DNA of 63,017 nt, counting the filler, from Aduncisulcus paluster (taxonomy: Eukaryota): NCBI GenBank assembly GCA_024181965.1. It is 6 parts of 6 records of this genome, joined end to end, with 100 filler letters (N's around TTAATTAATTAA, not from the genome) between each part and the next. Parts side by side here need not be neighbours in the genome. Positions count along the whole stretch, not along the records: positions 1 to 31,429 come from BQXS01012418.1; 5 more parts are not named here. The stretch is one strand, 5' to 3'. Below the pieces are notes generated by a model, which was not told the DNA's origin, did no database searches, and was given only the letters and a program-made list of their open reading frames with translations. Within the stretch, counting starts at the first letter, position 1, and each line of letters begins with the position of its first letter. Made by a program: the position numbers and the translations under genes. Positions 10,812-21,131 of this stretch are shown in pieces.

Positions 10812-12446
10812 ATGGATCTGTCTAGAGAAATGACTTCCATTGAACACGTATCTCCATCTGGTGAATCTACTCCCTTGCCCTCTTCCTCTTCAGCTCAGGC
10901 TGCAGCCTTCCAGCGTGAACATCTTCCCGAAAAGATCTTGAAGTCCTCAGATTCGATTATCCCCCTGTGTGTTATTGGTCAAGGGGGATTCGGAGAAGTC
11001 TTCTTGATCAAAATGGGCGATGATGATCATTCGTGTTCTGTCTTTAAGAAGATGCTTATGGTTGGTGATAAGGAGCTTGTCAAAGCATGCCGCAAGGAGT
11101 TTAGGATTCAACGTAAGCTGTTCAATAATCCCAAGTGTTTCAACCTTATCCCTCGTCCGATGTACATCATTGACCTCCTTGATTCGAAAGGAATTTACGG
11201 ATTTGTAATGGAATTCTGTGTTGGAGGAAGTGTGAGAGAGTTTGCGAAAAGTTGGTGTGTTGGAGGAAAGAGTGCTTTATTGTCTTCTGAGACAATGAGC
11301 GAAGCGTTTGATTCATTTTATTCTTCTACTATTTCTACTTCTTCTGAGCAACTCGAACCGTCTATAATTCAATCCGAACGTCCAGTAACAATTGACTGTT
11401 CATCAATACATGAAACGCTGGATCCCATGAGAATGGATCCTCTGAGAGTGAGTGCTTTGTGCGTTGGAATGATTGAATGTTTAGCCATGATACTAAAGGC
11501 CAAACCTGATCTTGTTCATCGAGATATCAAACCTGACAATTTCTTGATTCGTTTTGATCCAAAAGATGCAAAATGCAAAGTTGTTCTGTCTGATCTTGGT
11601 CTTGTCAAAATCCAAGAAACTATTTCTTCCCGCTCATCCACATCTTCAATGATGCATGATAGTTATTCAAAGGCATCAAGGGAAGTCAAGAGTGAAGATG
11701 GAAAGCAAGAAGACTCACATCAAGCTGACAACACTTTTCGTGGGACGGTGGTATATTCTGCTCTTGAATCACTTCTGTATGGGGAACAAACAGCTTCAAG
11801 TGATGCCCATTCATTGGGAATGTCTATTCTTGCCTTGTTCCTCGGGAAACATCCGTTTGCTGACCATCCCCTAATGCTAAGGAGAGATATTCCTCCTGTT
11901 GAAGTTCTGGGAAATGTTATTGCCCTTCTAAGGGAGCGAATGTTTTGTCCTTTATCTCGGTCACCTTTGTTTAAATCTCTAAAGACCATTGAAGGTGGTA
12001 AATTTATCCCAGTTTTTGATTGTTTGAATGAAATATTCGAAGGATTAACCAAAGAGGAATCCGATGAACGTATGAGTGTTCATGAAGCATATGGCAGAGT
12101 TCAATCAATCAAATGCTTTCTTCCGGAGATTGGAGATGGATGGAAATGTCCATCCATGGAGGATATTGTGAAGCGTAATTTATCGAGGCATGGTAATCCC
12201 GATGGTATATTTGAATGCACTCCTGAGAAACTCGAAGAACAAAGGAAAAAAGAAAAAGAGGAGGAGGAAGAAGCTGAGAAGAGAGTTGTACATCAATTGG
12301 AAAATAAGGTGGTCCATCTTCAAAGAGATCTGACAGCAATGAAAAGGAGAGAGGCAGAAGCTAAAAGACAGGCGGAAGAAGAAGAAGAAGAAGAAGAAGA
12401 AGAAGAAATCACGTTGGGCACGGTTAAGAGATCTCATTCTATTTAG
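10812..12446 (+). CDS. Ser/Thr protein kinase of a lineage-specific expanded family, with acidic coiled-coil tail
   Basis: GQGGFG loop, VFKK lysine, HRDIKPDNFL, DLG in place of DFG, GTVVYSALE; E-rich C-terminus. Confidence 0.93.
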   Translation: MDLSREMTSIEHVSPSGESTPLPSSSSAQAAAFQREHLPEKILKSSDSIIPLCVIGQGGFGEVFLIKMGDDDHSCSVFKKMLMVGDKELVKACRKEFRIQRKLFNNPKCFNLIPRPMYIIDLLDSKGIYGFVMEFCVGGSVREFAKSWCVGGKSALLSSETMSEAFDSFYSSTISTSSEQLEPSIIQSERPVTIDCSSIHETLDPMRMDPLRVSALCVGMIECLAMILKAKPDLVHRDIKPDNFLIRFDPKDAKCKVVLSDLGLVKIQETISSRSSTSSMMHDSYSKASREVKSEDGKQEDSHQADNTFRGTVVYSALESLLYGEQTASSDAHSLGMSILALFLGKHPFADHPLMLRRDIPPVEVLGNVIALLRERMFCPLSRSPLFKSLKTIEGGKFIPVFDCLNEIFEGLTKEESDERMSVHEAYGRVQSIKCFLPEIGDGWKCPSMEDIVKRNLSRHGNPDGIFECTPEKLEEQRKKEKEEEEEAEKRVVHQLENKVVHLQRDLTAMKRREAEAKRQAEEEEEEEEEEEITLGTVKRSHSI

Positions 12447-12921
12447 ATGAGTAGATTGCTTTTCCTTTTTCCAATTCGTTTAGATCTTCCCTCAACTTGA
12501 TCAAAATAGGAAATAAATTGAGGTAAATAGTTTTTCAAACGTACTGTTTTTGTTAGAATCACCCGAATTGAGAAATTTTCTAATAGAAAATGCCTTTCAA
12601 AAATAACTCTCCTCTCAAAAGAAATTTCATTGGTGTCTTTTCTTATTAGTCCAGTGGTGTCGCTGGGTTGAAAAAAACTGGACGAATATGTAGTGATGGT
12701 TTACTAATAAATGATATTAAAAATGCTTGAAGATCAATAATTTCACGTTTTATGGACCTTTCTAAGAACAAATTCTATTTTTAGAAATTCTATTTTTAGA
12801 ATTCAAATTTCCCAATCATAATATTCTTTCAGAAAAACATATTTTTGTAGCAGAAATATCATCTATCTTATCAGATTTCATCAATTGAGGAAAAAAATAT
12901 AACTGAATTTGGTGATAAATG

Positions 12922-15603
12922 TTAAGTAGCAATAAACAACCTCATTATCTTGCGAGAAGAAGCTTGTCCGACACTTTTATGATTTTCTGGAACGTAAATC
13001 TGAGATATTTGATGTTGTCCAACTTCTTTTATCCATATCAGCACTTCTCGCATCGTTTTGTGAATTCCAGCAGCTCGATGAATCGCAGCTGCAGTGAATC
13101 CATCAATTCCGATTCCCATAAGGCCTCGAACAACAAGTGAAACTATAGAATCAGTGTGACTTTGCACCGAAGATGATGTTCCACCCCTTCCATATGAAAT
13201 CTCAACAGCTTCTTCTGCAGGGATAAAAAACTTTCCAAATGAATTAGCAAAAGGTGAACCAGGAACGCAAAGATACTTACGAATGTCTTCAGCACGTAAA
13301 AACGATATTTCATCCGCATGAACAAAATCAAAAGACAAAAACAGTCCAGCTTCTTCAGAATCATCACATTTAATATTTTCAATTTTTACCAATCCAGAAG
13401 ACTTAGGATCAAATTTTGATTCATTCCAATGAACAAAAGCAAAAATATTCTTTTTGGCATCATTAAGGATGGAATTAAACACCAATTTCATGTCATCAAA
13501 AGAACTCGCGAAAGAAACCCCAACTCCAATCGAGAGAGAGGCATTCAAAACACTCATACATTCCATTGACATTGAAGAGATATCTCGACGTTTAACACCA
13601 TGAATACATACGAGTCCACCATACTTGCTTCTATATATTTGTCCAATTTGAGAAACAAGATGCCCAGATTTGACTGATGTAACAAAATCACCAAGATTCT
13701 TTCGTTCAATTCCTTTCCCACACATGAAGAGATTTGAGGATTTAGTCTGAAGCATTGAGAAATGTTTAAGGGTTTCTTCACTTGGAACGATTGCCTTACA
13801 CACCGTTGGAGCCACCAAAAGAGAAGGAGAGTCAGATATCTCAAGGATATCATCTCCGATTTCTCCCCGACTACCCCTGGTTTCATCATGGTCAGAGGAA
13901 ATGGAGTACATCTTTCCAACTCTTGCTTTTCTCATTTTTTCTTTGCTTGAAGTATGTTTGTGACCTTGAGGAGAAATCTGAACGGAAGAAAGAAAGTACA
14001 AACAAGGAACAAAGTCGTAAATAGTCAAAGAAGAAGCTATTGATGGATAACAAACAGGAATACACTGTTCAATGGCCTCTTTGCTCAACTTTCCTCTTCC
14101 AAGCTCCCTATAATCAACAGCCATCACAAGTCTGAAGGTCACACGAGTTCGATTGGTCAAAGATCGAAGCTTATCACCCCCATCTTTCTTTTGCTGAGAG
14201 TATTCTTGTCCAATAGGAATTGAACACACATCAAGAGAAGGCTCAGGAATGCGACCAGAGGTGGAATGGTGAAGAACCGAGTGAAATTGTTCTTTATCTT
14301 TATCGATATGAGCCGATTCTTTCCCTTTTTGGGGGACATGAAGGGTATCTTTGCTATTATCATCAATAATCTCCCCCACCTCACCTTCTCTTCCTTCCTC
14401 TCCTTCTTGTTCTTCTTCCTTTTGAATGGATATTGGAATTTCTGAAGAAGATATTTCTTTCTTTGATTCCGACTTTTCAGCTCCCCTTTTCTTATCTTTC
14501 TTTTGCTGAGAGTATTCTTGTCCAATAGGAATTGAACACACATCAAGAGAAGGCTCAGGAATGCGACCAGAGGTGGAATGGTGAAGAACCGAGTGAAATT
14601 GTTCTTTATCTTTATCGATATGAGCCGATTCTTTCCCTTTTTGGGGGACATGAAGGGTATCTTTGCTATTATCATCAATAATCTCCCCCACCTCACCTTC
14701 TCTTCCTTCCTCTCCTTCTTGTTCTTCTTCCTTTTGAATGGATATTGGAATTTCTGAAGAAGATATTTCTTTCTTTGATTCCGACTTTTCAGCTCCCCTT
14801 TTCTTATCTTTCTTTTTCTGGAGTTGAATATCTTTCTTCTTCTGTTTAGCATGCAAAATATCAAATATTTGTTTACCAGATGTTGAAATAGATACTTTAC
14901 CTGTCTTTTCCACCAAATATCCTTTCTTCCTCAACTTGGCAACACAAGTTTGTATTGACTTTTTCTTTGGATCTTTCTTTATAACTGGTGTTTGTTTCAA
15001 TATTAATGACAATAACTCACCCACTGAGCATGTTTGAATCGAAGAACAAGCACAAAGGATGGCATGATCATACGAAAACAAGCGAGGAATACTGATAGAC
15101 GATCGCTTCTCACCATCACCTTTAGCATCGAGAGAAACAGTCACAGAGGAAGATGATGAAGTTGAGTGAGATGATCGTCTCTTTCCTAACGTTATTTTCT
15201 CACCCGATTTCTGTTTGCTTTTTGGGGAAGAAGACAAGTGTGGATCATGACTTTTTTTATCTTCCTCTTCTTCATCTCGCTTGGTAGTTATATAATCTGA
15301 TGATTTTGATACAGAAAAAAAATCACAAAGCGACCCATTATCATCTTCTTTCCTCTTGATAAAATCGATAATTTGATCAATAACAACACCTATCTTTGCC
15401 CCAACACCTTTAACATTCTTAACAGCAACTTTTCCACTTGTAATACGCGTTTCACATCTCTCAACACCATTTGCAGCTCGATCAAGTGACGCTCTTTTGA
15501 AATCGGAAATCATAGGACTCTTTGCTTTTTTCCTTAAATACTGAGCTATTTCCTCATTTAATTGGTATGGAACAAATTGTAAGCTTGAAAATTTTCGAGA
15601 CAT
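12922..15603 (-). CDS. MUS81: Crossover-junction endonuclease MUS81-like (ERCC4 family)
   Basis: N-terminal HhH (ITSGKVAVKNVKGVGAKIG), winged-helix-like segment (KLRKKGYLVEKTGKVSISTSG), ERCC4 motifs VDYRE and ERKNLGDFVTSVKSGHLVSQ, and C-terminal HhH2 (GLMGIGIDGFTAAAI..VGQASSRKI). Confidence 0.85.
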   Translation of the reverse strand: MSRKFSSLQFVPYQLNEEIAQYLRKKAKSPMISDFKRASLDRAANGVERCETRITSGKVAVKNVKGVGAKIGVVIDQIIDFIKRKEDDNGSLCDFFSVSKSSDYITTKRDEEEEDKKSHDPHLSSSPKSKQKSGEKITLGKRRSSHSTSSSSSVTVSLDAKGDGEKRSSISIPRLFSYDHAILCACSSIQTCSVGELLSLILKQTPVIKKDPKKKSIQTCVAKLRKKGYLVEKTGKVSISTSGKQIFDILHAKQKKKDIQLQKKKDKKRGAEKSESKKEISSSEIPISIQKEEEQEGEEGREGEVGEIIDDNSKDTLHVPQKGKESAHIDKDKEQFHSVLHHSTSGRIPEPSLDVCSIPIGQEYSQQKKDKKRGAEKSESKKEISSSEIPISIQKEEEQEGEEGREGEVGEIIDDNSKDTLHVPQKGKESAHIDKDKEQFHSVLHHSTSGRIPEPSLDVCSIPIGQEYSQQKKDGGDKLRSLTNRTRVTFRLVMAVDYRELGRGKLSKEAIEQCIPVCYPSIASSLTIYDFVPCLYFLSSVQISPQGHKHTSSKEKMRKARVGKMYSISSDHDETRGSRGEIGDDILEISDSPSLLVAPTVCKAIVPSEETLKHFSMLQTKSSNLFMCGKGIERKNLGDFVTSVKSGHLVSQIGQIYRSKYGGLVCIHGVKRRDISSMSMECMSVLNASLSIGVGVSFASSFDDMKLVFNSILNDAKKNIFAFVHWNESKFDPKSSGLVKIENIKCDDSEEAGLFLSFDFVHADEISFLRAEDIRKYLCVPGSPFANSFGKFFIPAEEAVEISYGRGGTSSSVQSHTDSIVSLVVRGLMGIGIDGFTAAAIHRAAGIHKTMREVLIWIKEVGQHQISQIYVPENHKSVGQASSRKIMRLFIAT
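14182..14816. repeat. 312-bp (104-codon) tandem duplication inside MUS81
   Basis: 14182-14493 matches 14494-14805 with no difference seen. ATCTTTCTTTT lies at all three junctions (14182, 14494, 14806). Confidence 0.95.
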
Positions 15604-16053
15604 AAATGATTATCTCTTGGATATTGTTTGAAATAATTTCAATAGAATAGGAATAAAATTGAATAAAATGTTGACAAAAAGAAAATATATATATCCTATT
15701 TTTGTGAAATAAAACCAAATTGAAAGATATTAATGGTAAATGACTTCAAAAAAGTTGATTCTTTTGTATCTTGAGGCTTATTCAGAATAGTCTAACTATT
15801 TTATAATTTCAAAATTAATAGATACGTATCAATATGATTTTTTATTGTTAAAATAAAAGATTAATTTTAGAACACCAAGAAAAATCTATTCAGCCATATG
15901 AACCAAGAAATGAAATTATTAAGAAGTAATTCATTAATAATTACCCTATTATTTTCAAATTAGCCAACCAATACTTGTTAACAAAGTTCAATACCATCAA
16001 ATTTTCTTTTTGAGATATTTTGCTAACAAATATAGGTAAAAACCCTAATTTTC

Positions 16054-17157
16054 ATGTATCAATCCAAGTTTTCTCTCTCAGCAGAAACTCAAAATTACCT
16101 ATATGATATTGATGAAGATATTCCTGGACCAGGAAGTTATGAAACCACAAAGGCTGACATAAAGCCAAGAGTTCCAAAAGTTTCTTTCCCAAAATCTCAA
16201 AGATTCAAGATAATCGACCCATCTCCAGGGGTTGGTGATTATAATATTGCTTCCACTACCTCCCCAAAGAAATCTCCCCGAAGAACTGGATTTGGATGTT
16301 CTACAAAACGATTTGTTCCTCCCCCGAATTTTGGTGAGATTGATCCAGTTAAATATTCTCCTGTTCATGATGGCTCTGATACCGTTTCGCGTCTGTCTCC
16401 ATCCGTTAGCAAGTCGTCATTATCACTATCTAGAAAAGATTCTCCAACAACAATCAGATCTCCCTTGAATTCAATGAAAGATTCTCCAAGAACCACCATG
16501 CATCGCACAGCCAAACCCTCAAAACTCTCACATTTATCCCCACATCTTCAACATACATATCGACGTGGCTTTGGATGCAGTCAGGACCGTTTTAAGCCAG
16601 TCAAAACTGCTATTCAGCACGTATATGTACCAAAAGACCCCTATACCTCAACACCCAAGAAGTCTTCCAGCATGTTTAAATCTGTCGTTCCTCGATTCAC
16701 GAAAAAGGAGAAGAAGCTGGATCCCTTCGAACAAGCTCGTATTAGGAAGAAAATATCTTCTTCTTCTTCCAAATCTTTTGCTTCTCCTTCCTCCTCCACT
16801 CTTTCCCTTTTACAGAAAAGAAGGGAGCTGGACAAATCAAAAGTACGTATTGGACCTGTACTCGCTTCCTCTTCTTCAGAAGCATATAAGGATGGCCCAA
16901 GTGATGTGACTCCAAGGCCTGGAAAAATGCCCCACAATGATGTGTCTGCCCTTCCCCCCCAAACTCTCGAAAATCCACCAATGGATGGCGCCCAAAGTGA
17001 AATTAAAGAACACGAAATTGTTCCAAATCCAGGTCAAGATGATGATAGCACTACATCTACTTTTACGCCTCCTGATATGAAAGTGCAAAAAGATGGTATG
17101 ATCCGTGATCTTATCCTTCAAAGAAGGAAATTATTGGAAAATAAGGAATCATTGTAA
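16054..17157 (+). CDS. SHIPPO/ODF3/STPG-like PG-rich repeat axonemal protein
   Basis: IPGPGSYE and PSPGVGDYNI repeats, with FPKSQRF, FGCSTKRF, FGCSQDRF and FKSVVPRF motifs. Confidence 0.75.
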   Translation: MYQSKFSLSAETQNYLYDIDEDIPGPGSYETTKADIKPRVPKVSFPKSQRFKIIDPSPGVGDYNIASTTSPKKSPRRTGFGCSTKRFVPPPNFGEIDPVKYSPVHDGSDTVSRLSPSVSKSSLSLSRKDSPTTIRSPLNSMKDSPRTTMHRTAKPSKLSHLSPHLQHTYRRGFGCSQDRFKPVKTAIQHVYVPKDPYTSTPKKSSSMFKSVVPRFTKKEKKLDPFEQARIRKKISSSSSKSFASPSSSTLSLLQKRRELDKSKVRIGPVLASSSSEAYKDGPSDVTPRPGKMPHNDVSALPPQTLENPPMDGAQSEIKEHEIVPNPGQDDDSTTSTFTPPDMKVQKDGMIRDLILQRRKLLENKESL

Positions 17158-17571
17158 CAATAATTGTCATTTTATTATATTATTTCGTCTTCCCTAACTC
17201 GATTACAGAGATTTTTTGCCTTTCTTAAAATTATTACCCGTTTTTTTAAATGTTTCATTTTTCTACTTATTTGGTATCAAACACAATCATTTTTCAGTAA
17301 TAAATGTTTAGATTTCATTAAAATCTCCAAAATTGTTTCTAACTCCTTATGATGGAATAAAATATAACAGAATTCAACTCTAGAATAATACAAGAACTTG
17401 TATTTAATAATATCAAAAAAATAATGGATATAAATTTCAAATTTCAATTTCGGAAAGTTTCCGACAAAACGAACTTCTTTGATTGAAAAATTCAAGTAAG
17501 TTGCACCATTTTAAACTTTACTTTTTCATTTTAATATAATTACACAATAGCTTATAATATTTTTGAATAGA

Positions 17572-20500
17572 ATGTCGGAGAAGCTTGAAGGTGAGCTAGT
17601 CCATGAAGATATTTCTACTTTAGAAAAATTACGTTTAATCGGAAGAGGAAACTTGGGTATGGTTTCCTCTGGGTTATTTCGTTCGGATGATGTTGCCATA
17701 AAAGAAATTATGACCCCTTTGTCAAAACCAATGCGGGAAGCTCTCCATGATGAATATCAAGCTTCCAAAACACTTACAGATGCATGTTCCTGTAAAATTA
17801 TGGGATTTTATGCCCATTCTCCAACCAGTGGTCTCATAGTTATGCAAAGAGCTGGTACTAATCTTAAAACTTTTATTGAGAAGTTTAGAGCTGAGATGTC
17901 CCTTTCGGAACTTGCTGTACTTTCGTATGCCGCATGTGAACTTGTTAAAGAAGCTCATGATAATGGAATTGTGTTGTCTTCTCTCAAACCTTCTAATTTA
18001 CTTATTACCCCTTGTGGAGACCTTGTTCTCACTGACTTAACCTTAAAAATCCCAACCTCCACCACTTTACAAGGAGTAGGAACCGCAACTCAGAGGTTTT
18101 TAGCACCCGAACTAATTGATGCTGTGAATATGCCTCCCCGTACCAAACAATCCAATGTTTGGGCTGTAGGTTCTCTTATCCACTTTATTGTCACAGGAAA
18201 ATTCCCCCTCCAAGATCAAGGTGTTCTCCAATGGGCCAGTATCATGAGTTCATTATCTCGGAATGGTACCACTCTTGAGCTTGGTCGAGAGGTCCCCGGA
18301 GATTTTAAGCGAGTTCTTGAACATTGTCTTGTTGGTGCCCCTTCGAGAAGGCTGTCAATTGAGGGGGTATGTGGTGTTGTTCGTGATGTGTTTGGTCCTG
18401 TCATTGAGGCAGATTTCAAGAGCATTGCAGAGCGTTACCCATTCTGGAGCAGCAGTTCTTCTGCCGCAACTGGAGGAAGTGTTATGGATAGTGTGATGAC
18501 AACATCTGGCTTCCTTGGAACTCCAGGAATGCCTCGTTCCCCTCTTCCTGGGATAGGTACTCCAGGAATGCATCCTTATCCCCCTTCCACACCCTCCTCA
18601 GCCAATGGCCGCCATGTTCGTTCCAGACACGCGTCCCCCAAGGTCCCTTCCAGTTCCCAGAGTCTTCAAAGTCCCATGCTCTCCTCTAATGTTGGTTCTT
18701 CCTCCCTATTCACAAAGATGGACCTTGGAGATGACGGTGAAGTCGAGATCAGTTGCATATGCCCACTTCATTCTACTGAACCAGCAGAGATTTCCCAATA
18801 CCAATATTATTGTGAGGTGTGTCAGAAGCCCATCTGTTTAAGATGTTGTGCCCTGACGAGCTGCTGTGCCAAACATGGCCCTTTCCTCTCTCTTGAAGAG
18901 GCCGCCTCAAAGAAGCGTAAAGTTGTCTCCATTACTCGTCAACGCATCCAGAAATCTTGGTCGGCTTTCTCCGCTGAACTCTCCAAACACAAAGAGCATC
19001 TCGCCCAATTGCAACAAGAAGCTAAGGACGCCAGGAAGAATCTAAGGGATGAGACTGAGCGTCTTCGTGAATTGGCCGAACAAGAGGAGTCTGAGAAGGC
19101 TGCCGTTGAGGATTTGCTTCGTTTGTGTCAGAGTGTGCTTGAAAACGGTCGTGCCCGTCTGGCCGGTCACGTGAGTGGTATTGATGGTGCCATATTAGCT
19201 CTTAACAAGGGTGTTGATGATAGTCTTGACTACGTTAAGAAAGAGGAAGATAAGTTGTTCCCAATCAAGGAACGTGTCACTTCTGCCGCCAAGTCAGTCC
19301 GTGCATGTGAAGTCAGTGTTCAGCAGCAACAAGATAAGCTTGTCCGTGTCACTCGTCAACTGGAGCGTCTCAGTTCCGTCATCGATGGTCCCCCGCTACT
19401 CCTTCTCTCGTTTGAGAACAAACATATCGGTGTCAAGATCAACGTCAGTGAACAAGAGTTCATATTCACACGCTTTGTTGAAGAGTTTGTCGTTCCCCAA
19501 GATGCTCTTTTCACCTTTACTGTCGAGGGTGCAAACAGCACAACCAGTCTTCAAAGCAAAGGTGGTAGAGGGGCCAATGTCCGTGCGACTCTATTCCTCA
19601 AACGTAATACAGTGCTGAAGATCCTTGTTGGTGAGAGCAACACTGGGGGAGGTGGTTCATTCATTGCCAAGGTTGCTGGCACTGGTGATATCGACACAGA
19701 GAAGAAGCTCTTGGAATCCCAGAGAAGCAGTCGTTTAGATTCCTCTTCATTGTCCCCCCGTTCCTCAACTCCTCAATCTGNNNNNNNNNNNNNNNNNNNN
19801 ATTCACACGCTTTTTTGAAGAGTTTGTCGTTCCCCAAGATGCTCTTTTCACCTTTACTGTCGAGGGTGCAAACAGCACAACCAGTCTTCAAAGCAAAGGT
19901 GGTAGAGGGGCCAATGTCCGTGCGACTCTATTCCTCAAACGTAATACAGTGCTGAAGATCCTTGTTGGTGAGAGCAACACTGGGGGAGGTGGTTCATTCA
20001 TTGCCAAGGTTGCTGGCACTGGTGATATCGACACAGAGAAGAAGCTCTTGGAATCCCAGAGAAGCAGTCGTTTAGATTCCTCTTCATTGTCCCCCCGTTC
20101 CTCAACTCCTCAATCTGCTCCTGCTGATGGTGATCTTGTTCCTATTATCATTGCTGGTGGTGGTGGTCGTGGAATCAAGACACATGGTGGGGATGCCGCT
20201 TTGTCAACAGAGGGAGGCGACGGTGTGTTGAGTGTTGGGACTAAGTTTGGTGGAGGCACTGATGGATGGCATGGGTCTGGCTACATGAGTGGTATGGGTT
20301 GGGCAGGTGGTGGTGTCATGCGTACGTGTATGAAGACAGCTACCACAGCCAGCACAACCCCTTCATCTTCATCCAACTCATCCACACCCACTTCCTCTTC
20401 TTCTTCACTTGGGTCCTCCATCTATTTTGTTGGAGGAGGACGTTTTGGTGGAGGTGGTTACAGTGGCGGTGGTGGAACTAACAAGGTGGGATATGGGGGT

Positions 20501-20641
20501 CCAGTCTATCAGTGGGCCAGATGTGGTGGTGGAGGTTGCTTTGTTGATGCCGCCGCCTTTTATGTGTCCAAACAACACCGTCCATTTGGAAGTGGGCACG
20601 GAAGAGTTATTATTCAATGGGAAGATTTCATGTTTGAGTGA
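17572..20641 (+). CDS. Pseudokinase - B-box zinc finger - coiled coil - ALK/LTK-type glycine-rich domain protein (~910 aa after collapsing the gap duplication)
   Basis: GRGNLG, VAIK and APE are retained, but HRD reads LSS and DFG reads DLT. B-box CPLH..YYCEVCQKPICLRC..H, then a long heptad region. C-terminus has FVVPQDALFTFTVEGA..GGRGANVRATLFL..LKILVGE..IIIAGGGG plus polyglycine tracts. 19464-19780 is repeated after the N gap (offset 337) and collapsing it restores the frame. Probable 5'UTR intron at 17496-17570. Confidence 0.85.
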
Positions 20642-21131
20642 AGCTGACTAATTTATATATTGTAACAATATCAGAACTTTTCAGTTCTTTTCTTTCTTCC
20701 TTGGATATAAACAACATAATGGACATCTCATATCGTAGAGATGTTCGAGTTATATGTAAAAACAATTGAATATTCATCCTTAACGGACTGTAATATAGAT
20801 AAAATAATAATTATTTGATATATCTGACTCAACAATAAACTTTATCGAGTAAATTGATTATTTCGTTGTGAAATCATTCCTTTTTGACCATTTCTTTTCC
20901 AATTATGAGATATTGTACAATTTATTAAAGAATTTACCCTATTTTGTCTTCTCAATCATCAGAGAATGATTTTTTTTGGTTTTTCCAGGGGAAACGATTG
21001 CCAACAAATTACACTTAATTTTCTTTATTTATATGCAAATTTAATTATATTTTATCCATTTTTATAAATTCAATTCAGTTACAGTGAGATAGAGTAAAAC
21101 AAGTTCGATTTGTCGACCGTCCATTAAAGCA

